DNA from: Candidatus Lokiarchaeum ossiferum
GTDB lineage: Archaea > Asgardarchaeota > Lokiarchaeia > Sigyniarchaeales > Promethearchaeaceae
Assembly: GCA_025839675.1 (NCBI GenBank)
Contig: CP104013.1
Coordinates: 4,740,001 to 4,772,000, forward strand
Reading direction: 5' to 3'
Length of the DNA stretch: 32,000 bases
Part shown: in pieces, positions 16,807-23,377 of the stretch
Layout of the letters: each line of letters opens with the position of its first letter
Numbering within the stretch: position 1 is the stretch's first letter
Translations under genes and position numbers: made by a program
The notes under the pieces: generated by a model
What the model was told of the DNA's origin: nothing
Database searches by the model: none
What the model saw: only the letters and a program-made list of their open reading frames with translations

Positions 16807-18342
16807 ATGGAAGAAAAAGGAGATCTCAAAGTAAATTTTGATCATGATCCCCATGCTGTAATCCAAGATCTTGATATTGTTATATCCAAACTGAAAAAAA
16901 TTCTTGGGAATCAATGGGTTTCAACGGATTATATTGACAAAGTGGCTTATGGAAAAGATTATTGGCTAATATCTAATCAAATGACTCTTGATGGGAAAAT
17001 CCCAGCATATCCTGATATTATAGTATGGCCTCAAAAAACTCACCAAATTGCTGAAATTTTAAAATATGCTAATAGTCATAAACCACCTATCCCCGTTATT
17101 CCCTATGGGGAAGGCTCCGGTGTGGTAGGAGGTGCAGTTCCAATTAAAGGTGGAATTATGGTGGATATGAAACATTTTGACCAGATCACAATTAATGCAG
17201 AAAATATGACTGCAACTATTGGAACAGGTGTAAATGGAAAAGTCTTAGAACGTTACATGCATGAACACGGATTTCGGATGGGTCATATCCCGCAATCTTT
17301 ACATGCTTCAACTGTTGGAGGGTATGTGGCTCACCGCGCCGCAGGTCAATTTTCTGGAAAATATGGAAAAATGGAAGACATTGTCAAATCATTAGAAGTT
17401 GTCCTTCCTACGGGTGAGATTGTCAAGTCTAAATTTTATCCGCGAGCATCGGTAGGTCCTATTGTAGATCGAATCTTTTTAGGCTCTGAAGGGACTCTTG
17501 GTATAGTTACTGAAGTTACTTGTCGTATTTGGCCATTTCCTGAAAAACAAGCAGGGTCTTCCTTCGTGTTTCCTACTTTACAAGATAGTTTGAATGCAAT
17601 ACGAGAAACCTTACAAGCGAATATTAATCCAGCGGTCGTTCGAATTTATGACAAACCAGAAACAGTTCGTCACTTTGGATCAACTGAAAAAAAATCTAAG
17701 GATAAACTCATGGTGATTTTTGTTTTTGAAGGGAGCAGCCGATTGGTTGATTTAGAAATGACAATCACTGAAGAAAACTGCCTTAAACACAACGGAGAAG
17801 CTTGTAGTAGTAGACCTGTAGATCATTGGTTTGAGACTCGTTTCAATGTCAAAGAATCATCAGATTTTGGACCATACGGTCTTGTATTTGATACTGTCGA
17901 AGTTTCTATTCCTTGGGATAAAGCAAATGAATTATATGAAGCTGTTGTTCAAGAGATACTTGCTGTTCCCGGAGCTCTCATGGCAACTGGGCATGCTTCT
18001 CATTTTTATCCGACTGGAGTATGTTTCTATTTTACTTTCAGTGGTGTTCCGAAAAAAAATCAGGATTATTTAGAATTATATAATCAATGCTGGGATGCAG
18101 CTGTTAGAGGAACTCTTTTAAAAGGTGGTGCTGCGTCTCATCATCATGGGATGGGCTTGAATCGAACACGCTGGATGCAGCTTGAACACGGTGAAGAGTT
18201 TAAGCTATTGAAGCGGATCAAAAAGCTATTAGATCCAAATAATATTATGAATCCTGGAAAATTGTTTTCTCAGCGTGAAGAAGGATCGGTTTATTTAACT
18301 CAACGGTCTTCCCTTGATGCAAAACCTAAAGGAGGGCTTTAA
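16807..18342 (+). CDS. FAD-linked oxidase (VAO/PCMH fold), GlcD / D-lactate dehydrogenase-like
   Basis: FAD-binding block PDIIVWPQKTHQIAEILKYANSHKPPIPVIPYGEGSGVVGGAVP, GSEGTLGIVTEVT, and C-terminal GGAASHHHGMGLNR...DPNNIMNPGKL, typical of GlcD-type flavoenzymes. Immediately followed by, and tightly coupled to, an Fe-S/CCG subunit gene. Confidence 0.8.
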   Translation: MEEKGDLKVNFDHDPHAVIQDLDIVISKLKKILGNQWVSTDYIDKVAYGKDYWLISNQMTLDGKIPAYPDIIVWPQKTHQIAEILKYANSHKPPIPVIPYGEGSGVVGGAVPIKGGIMVDMKHFDQITINAENMTATIGTGVNGKVLERYMHEHGFRMGHIPQSLHASTVGGYVAHRAAGQFSGKYGKMEDIVKSLEVVLPTGEIVKSKFYPRASVGPIVDRIFLGSEGTLGIVTEVTCRIWPFPEKQAGSSFVFPTLQDSLNAIRETLQANINPAVVRIYDKPETVRHFGSTEKKSKDKLMVIFVFEGSSRLVDLEMTITEENCLKHNGEACSSRPVDHWFETRFNVKESSDFGPYGLVFDTVEVSIPWDKANELYEAVVQEILAVPGALMATGHASHFYPTGVCFYFTFSGVPKKNQDYLELYNQCWDAAVRGTLLKGGAASHHHGMGLNRTRWMQLEHGEEFKLLKRIKKLLDPNNIMNPGKLFSQREEGSVYLTQRSSLDAKPKGGL

Positions 18343-18343
18343 T

Positions 18344-19609
18344 ATGGAAATATTTAAAAAATTTAAGAAATATAGTTGGATGATTCCAATTTTTAAGACC
18401 GTGAGTAAAGAAGATCGTAATAATTTCATTGATGGGTATAAAAATAGGAAAAAATTCTATACTGTGGATAATATCGATGCAAATTTAAAAGATATGGCAA
18501 AATGCGCCTTATGTCCAAACATGTGTCGTTTTGATTGCCCCGCAGTGCAAGTTACCAAAAAAGAGCCGTATGCTCCTGCCAGTAAAGCACGAATTTCATA
18601 TTTTATGGGTATGCAACATATTCCCATGGGCGAATCTAGTGCTATTGACACTCTCTATCAGTGTATGGGTTGCAACGCTTGCCTTCAGTGGTGTCCAATG
18701 GATATTAGTACTGGAGATTTTCTCGTTGAAATGCGCGCCGAACTTGAAAAACGTGATTTATTACCTCAATCTGTTCAACCTCTAAAGCAACGCATTGAAA
18801 GTAACGGCTCCGTTTTTGAAATTTCCCCTTTTTCGGAAGAATCAGATTTTAATCATAATGATCCCAATCCTGAGGTTTTTTATTATATTGGATGTATGGA
18901 TATGAAATATGCTCCACATGCAATTCGAGCAACTATGGGATTGTTGGAAATGATGGGTGTAAAATATTGTACACATCTTGAATCTAGGGAATGTTGTGGT
19001 GGTCCCGTAAATAAAGCAGGTCATAGATCCGTTGCTGTTGGTTTGTCTGAACGAAATCAAGTTCTCCTTAAGGAATCTAAAGTGAAAACCATCATTTCAA
19101 CTTGTCCAGGATGCACAGGGACTATTAAAAAGACTTATACTTCCCTAGGTCATCCTGTAAAAGCTGAAGTGTTGCCAGCAATTCAATACTTTTTGAACAA
19201 AATCGATGAAGGATCACTAAAATTAACTCAAACCATTGATAAAACAATTACTTATCATGATCCTTGCTTATTGGCTAGAAAAAATAACGAAATCAATTTT
19301 GTTGATGGAACCCGCGAATTAATTGGTAAAATTCCTGGGGTGCAATTGAAAGAAGCATATTTGCATGGGGATGAAACTCGTTGTTGTGGGATGGGAGGGG
19401 CCTATCAAATCTCAAACCCTGAATTTTCTTCCAAAGTACGTGAAGATCGTTTAATTCAATTGGAGAAATATTCTCCCAATTATGTTGTATCTGCCTGCCC
19501 AACCTGTGAATATGCTTTCAAAAAAGCACAAGAACAATTGAAAAACTATACATCTGAAGTAAAGGATTTGGTTGAAATAATTGCAGACGCTGCAGGTGTT
19601 AAATACTAA
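18344..19609 (+). CDS. Fe-S oxidoreductase subunit with 2x[4Fe-4S] motifs and two CCG domains (GlcF/HdrD/LutA-like)
   Basis: CALCPNMCRFDCP and CMGCNACLQWCP ferredoxin-type motifs. Two Cys-rich CCG-type blocks (YYIGC...CCGGP...CPGC and HDPC...CCGMGG...CPTC). ATG at 18344 lies 1 nt after the upstream stop, with GGAGGG at 18331-18336. Confidence 0.85.
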   Translation: MEIFKKFKKYSWMIPIFKTVSKEDRNNFIDGYKNRKKFYTVDNIDANLKDMAKCALCPNMCRFDCPAVQVTKKEPYAPASKARISYFMGMQHIPMGESSAIDTLYQCMGCNACLQWCPMDISTGDFLVEMRAELEKRDLLPQSVQPLKQRIESNGSVFEISPFSEESDFNHNDPNPEVFYYIGCMDMKYAPHAIRATMGLLEMMGVKYCTHLESRECCGGPVNKAGHRSVAVGLSERNQVLLKESKVKTIISTCPGCTGTIKKTYTSLGHPVKAEVLPAIQYFLNKIDEGSLKLTQTIDKTITYHDPCLLARKNNEINFVDGTRELIGKIPGVQLKEAYLHGDETRCCGMGGAYQISNPEFSSKVREDRLIQLEKYSPNYVVSACPTCEYAFKKAQEQLKNYTSEVKDLVEIIADAAGVKY

Positions 19610-19662
19610 CTTTTTTTTTCATTTCTAAAATAAATTGTAAAAAATTTTTTTTATGTCTTTTT

Positions 19663-20175
19663 TCATTCCAGAATAAATTTCCAACCACAATAGTATTCTG
19701 GTGGATGTTCATCGGGAGGGCAACAAATACATTCAGTTCGAATGCGAGAATCTATGGCTTTAGCAAATAATCCATATTCCTCAACTCCCACTTCTTTACA
19801 TGGAAAATCGGGTAAATTATTTCTATTTCGCGCGGTTTGAACCCTACACTTGTTCATGTGGAAGATAAATGAATTTTCCGTAATATCTACAATCTCTTGT
19901 ACATTGATATTTGCATATAATCGGTATTTCAACGCCTGCATCAAACCTTTTAGTCCAGGATTTTCTTCCAACCCTAAAAACTGTTTAATCTTTTTAGCCT
20001 CGATCACTGTAAATCGTTTCCAACCTGCAACATCATATTTTATGGCTTCTCTCATTCCAATATCACGTTCAATTGCTTGAAACCAACAACCATCATGTGC
20101 GAGCCAATTTTTGGATATCATCTCGATGTAATCTAAAAGTTGTTCCTTCGAAAGATTTTCAATATCTTTTCTCAT
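19663..20175 (-). CDS. Conserved hypothetical cytosolic protein with a C-terminal Cys cluster
   Basis: ORF with ATG at 20175 (TTG at 20187 is an alternative start). NWLAHDGCWFQAIE...WKRFTVIEAKKIKQFLGL resembles an uncharacterised conserved family (possibly DUF6125-like, from memory only). The C-terminus carries C..(x14)..C...CICCPPDEHPPEYYCGW. Confidence 0.6.
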   Translation of the reverse strand: MRKDIENLSKEQLLDYIEMISKNWLAHDGCWFQAIERDIGMREAIKYDVAGWKRFTVIEAKKIKQFLGLEENPGLKGLMQALKYRLYANINVQEIVDITENSFIFHMNKCRVQTARNRNNLPDFPCKEVGVEEYGLFAKAIDSRIRTECICCPPDEHPPEYYCGWKFILE

Positions 20176-20242
20176 AGGTTTGATCAAAACAGATTAGATT
20201 TAAAATTTAGCTAATACACATTCAAAAAACTGAAAAATTTTT

Positions 20243-20822
20243 CTTTCACTTCAAGGTTAATAGACATATTCACCCATTGATAATTTGATTTTCGTCGAGC
20301 GTTATACTTCGGAGTTAATAGATACATATTCACCGATTAATAATTTGATTTTCGTCGAGCGTTATACTTCGGAGTTAATAGACATATACTCACCGATTAA
20401 TAATTTGATTTTCGTCGAACTTTACACTTCGGAGTTAATAGACACATATTCACCCATTGATAATTTGATTTTCGTCGAGCATTACACTTCGGGGTTAATA
20501 GACATATATTCACCAATTAATAATTTGATTTTCGTCGAGCATTACACTTCGGGGGTAATAGACATATATTCACCCATTGATAATTTGATTTTCGTCGAAC
20601 ATTACACTTCGGGGGTAATAGACATATATTCACCCATTGATAATTTGATTTTCGTCGAACATTACACTTCGGGGTTAATAGACATATATTCACCCATTAA
20701 TAATTTGATTTTCGTCGAACATTACACTTCGGGGTTAATAGACATATATTCACCCATTGATAATTTGATTTTCCTCGAACATTACACTTCGGGGTTAATA
20801 GACATATATTCACCCATTGATA
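20243..20822. repeat. Tandem direct repeat array with a 60-bp unit, nine full copies plus partial copies at both ends
   Basis: Units begin exactly at 20281, 20341, 20401, 20461, 20521, 20581, 20641, 20701 and 20761. Consensus TAATTTGATTTTCGTCGAACATTACACTTCGGGGTTAATAGACATATATTCACCCATTGA. A 5'-truncated copy lacking 2 nt lies at about 20243-20280. Confidence 0.97.
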
Positions 20823-20857
20823 TAGGTGATAATTCAAAATAGGAAAAAAACAAAAGA

Positions 20858-21940
20858 TTATATATATTTTTTTGCAACCAAATATTCCGCGCTCAAAACT
20901 CCTCCCCTTCCTGCACCCAATTCCGTATTATGGGAAAGCACAGTAAATTTAAAACCGTTGGGAAAATTCGTTTTGGAAATTCCTCCTACGTACGTAATCA
21001 TCCCTGAATGATCATTACATCTATTTAATTCAACACGTGGTTGAGGTCTGTATGGTTCAGAATCATTAAATACTCGTATTGGATACTCTGGTGCATTCGG
21101 AAGATTCAAACCTTCGGTCTCCCCTTTAAAATTTGTTAGAATCTCTTGAATTTCTTCAACTGTTGTTTGTTTTACTGTTTGGATGAAAACACTTTCCATA
21201 TGGCCATTGATGACTGGGACCCTATTACATTTTGCATCCATCATGATATCAGGTGCCGTTATTTTGCCTTCTTCAATAATTCCAAATATTTTCTTGAGTT
21301 CTTTGATTATTTTTTCTTCTTCATCGGGAATATAGGGGATGACATTACCTAATATATCATAAGATGGGGTACCAGGATATCCTGAGCCAGAAATTGCTTG
21401 TAGTGTGGTCACATGGATTGATTTAATTCCAAACTTTTTAAAAATAGGAAAAGTTGCTATAGCTAAGCCAACTGTACTGCAATTTGGTCCGGGGCATATA
21501 AATCCCTTCCATCCTCTATCCGCTTTTTGTTTATCAAATAATTTATAGTGAATTCCATTAACAAATGGAAGGAAAATGGGTATGTCTGGTTCATATCGAT
21601 ATGCAGAAGCTGTGCTAATAACTGGTTTCTGTATCGCTAGTTCTGCTTCCATTTTATTTGCAATCGTACTGGGAACCGCACTAAAAATTATGTCAATATT
21701 ATTAATATCGGCATCGTAGATGTCTGTTATGGGCATATCCAAGATATGTGGAGATGTCAAATGTGATGATATGCCTTTTCGTGTTTCTCCATATGTTTTT
21801 CCTATGCTTTTTGTACTTCCATGAATAGATACTATATTGAACCATGGATGTCCGTCTAATGCTTCGATAAATTGCTGGCCTGCCATACCAGAAGCTCCTA
21901 TTACCGCAACATTTTTTTTGCTTGTTTCGATGTTGATCAC
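20858..21940 (-). CDS. asd: Aspartate-semialdehyde dehydrogenase
   Basis: N-terminal Rossmann motif VAVIGASGMAGQQF. Active-site block GPNCSTVGLAIA (catalytic Cys). C-terminal HGHMESVF-type block (VINGHMESVFIQT) and HNTELGAGRG. GTG start at 21940. Confidence 0.9.
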   Translation of the reverse strand: MINIETSKKNVAVIGASGMAGQQFIEALDGHPWFNIVSIHGSTKSIGKTYGETRKGISSHLTSPHILDMPITDIYDADINNIDIIFSAVPSTIANKMEAELAIQKPVISTASAYRYEPDIPIFLPFVNGIHYKLFDKQKADRGWKGFICPGPNCSTVGLAIATFPIFKKFGIKSIHVTTLQAISGSGYPGTPSYDILGNVIPYIPDEEEKIIKELKKIFGIIEEGKITAPDIMMDAKCNRVPVINGHMESVFIQTVKQTTVEEIQEILTNFKGETEGLNLPNAPEYPIRVFNDSEPYRPQPRVELNRCNDHSGMITYVGGISKTNFPNGFKFTVLSHNTELGAGRGGVLSAEYLVAKKYI

Positions 21941-22117
21941 AACCTCAATGAAATATTCTTCAATCTTTGAAGAAGTTTTTTTCTTTTAATTAAGATTTAA
22001 TTGGTTTTTAGTTAAATAAAATTGTTGGCTCTGATTTAATAAAATCATAAAACAAAAAAAATAAAACAACTAAGGTGAAATTATCTTTAGGATCAATATA
22101 GCTTAGAGGAAATTTCC

Positions 22118-22750
22118 ATGGTGAAACAATGGGGTTTAGTTCTTTATTTGGACAATATAATTCTGAATAATTATTGGCGAAAATATTACACCTATTTAGA
22201 GCTCGGTTGGGATGATGCATCAATCAAACAATATTTATCGCAGAAGCAGTATCTAATGCAAGTTGCATCTTTTAGTACTCCCACGGTTACTTTTTCTGCG
22301 AGTTCACGAAGAAACCGATTTTACTCCATCTATAATCGTTTAGATTTGCTCGATCAAGATGTTGCTTATGGTGAATCAATCAACGGTTTGAAGAAACTGG
22401 CTCTTAATTATGATATTTTTGTAATTTCAGCACGATCTATTGATCTAAAGGATAAAACTCTCGATATTTTAACGAGATTAGGATTTCCAATGGAATCTTT
22501 AACCATTTTCTTTAAAAAAGGTAATGAACAATTGCATCAATATCGGAAAAAATGTCTCGAAAATATTCATGAAAAATATAAATCTGGTGTGGGAATTTCT
22601 TTACAACAAACAGATATTGCATTATACGAACGGTTCAATTTCACTCCCATTGCATTCACTTCAGTTAAAGAAAAACAGGAATTCGATGGGAAAGTACAAG
22701 CAATTTGTCAAGATTGGAACGATATTTTAATGGCATTAAATTGTCATTAG
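22118..22750 (+). CDS. Hypothetical protein, possibly a HAD-like fold with degenerate catalytic motifs
   Basis: ATG at 22118 is preceded by AGAGGA at 22105-22110. VLYLDNIIL, IFVISARS and GVGISLQQTDIAL sit where HAD motifs I, II and IV would be, but the nucleophile Asp positions are not conserved. Weak assignment. Confidence 0.5.
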   Translation: MVKQWGLVLYLDNIILNNYWRKYYTYLELGWDDASIKQYLSQKQYLMQVASFSTPTVTFSASSRRNRFYSIYNRLDLLDQDVAYGESINGLKKLALNYDIFVISARSIDLKDKTLDILTRLGFPMESLTIFFKKGNEQLHQYRKKCLENIHEKYKSGVGISLQQTDIALYERFNFTPIAFTSVKEKQEFDGKVQAICQDWNDILMALNCH

Positions 22751-22784
22751 GTTAGATGATCTTTGAACAACCTAGGTGAAAAAA

Positions 22785-23369
22785 ATGGATTGGGCAGAAA
22801 GAAAAAAACAAGAGCGATTAAAACGAATGCAACTTCTTCAGGCAAAAAAGAAAGAAGAAGAACGAATGCTAACTGATGCTAACGATACAATGGCTCTTGC
22901 AAAAAATGCTTTTTCGAAAAATAAATTCTCTAAAGCAGCAGAGTTGTACATCAAATCATCGAAGATTTTTGAGACACTTGGATGGACTCAACAAGCAGAA
23001 ATGTTACTAAAAGAAGCCTCAGATATGGAAATAAAAAAGAAAGAATTGGAAGAAAAAACCTTACTCCAAGAAGAAAAACTTCGACTTGAAAAAGAACATT
23101 ATGAAATCCGAGCACAGGAAATTCTTGCAGAAAAGGAACGCCTTAAACAATTAGAGGAAGAACTCCGAAATCGACCTTCTCCGGAACTCCAGTTAAAAAT
23201 TGATCGTGCTGTCATGATTGAAGAAAAAGCAAAAAATTTGGAATTAAAAGGAAAAACCGCGAAAGCATTGGCTCGTTATGAATATCTTATAGAATTGTTC
23301 CACGAAATTGGATATGATTCCCAAAAAATTAAGCCAATTCAAGAAAAGATTAATTCTTTGAAAAACTAA
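22785..23369 (+). CDS. Lys/Glu-rich coiled-coil protein with two TPR/MIT-like helical hairpins
   Basis: ATG at 22785 follows AGGTGA at 22774-22779 (the track's GTG at 22776 is three codons upstream). Hairpins ALAKNAFSKNKFSKAAELYIKSSKIFETLGW and AKNLELKGKTAKALARYEYLIELFHEIGY flank a charged heptad-like region (KKELEEKTLLQEEKLRLEKEHYEIRAQEILAEKERLKQLEEELR). Confidence 0.65.
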   Translation: MDWAERKKQERLKRMQLLQAKKKEEERMLTDANDTMALAKNAFSKNKFSKAAELYIKSSKIFETLGWTQQAEMLLKEASDMEIKKKELEEKTLLQEEKLRLEKEHYEIRAQEILAEKERLKQLEEELRNRPSPELQLKIDRAVMIEEKAKNLELKGKTAKALARYEYLIELFHEIGYDSQKIKPIQEKINSLKN

Positions 23370-23377
23370 TCATCCAA

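Noticed and set aside
16807-18342. Calling the FAD enzyme an alkyl-DHAP synthase (ether-lipid enzyme)
   Set aside because: The resemblance is limited to the general VAO-family N-terminal region. The tightly coupled Fe-S/CCG subunit is characteristic of GlcDF/Dld-type dehydrogenases, not AGPS. Listed as a check rather than a call.
20243-20822. CRISPR array interpretation of the 60-bp periodic repeats
   Set aside because: A CRISPR would show conserved repeats of about 24-37 bp alternating with unique spacers. Here the entire 60-bp unit is conserved in every copy. No leader or cas genes are nearby. The few differences are point substitutions shared between neighbouring copies.
20285-20842. 185-aa + strand ORF through the array as a real repeat protein
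   Set aside because: Tentatively rejected. The frame contains no ATG at all (only a TTG inside the repeat). A TAG lies 8 codons upstream, no RBS is present, and the ORF is antisense to both flanking genes. Its openness follows trivially from a stop-free 60-nt unit. It is kept as an alternative hypothesis in the array finding.
21956-21982. Palindrome TTCTTCAA-tct-TTGAAGAA followed by T7, 16 nt upstream of the asd GTG
   Set aside because: Palindromes with 8-bp arms are expected several times by chance in 32 kb of this composition. No + strand gene exists for it to terminate, and there is no second copy. It is only worth revisiting if conserved in orthologous asd leaders.
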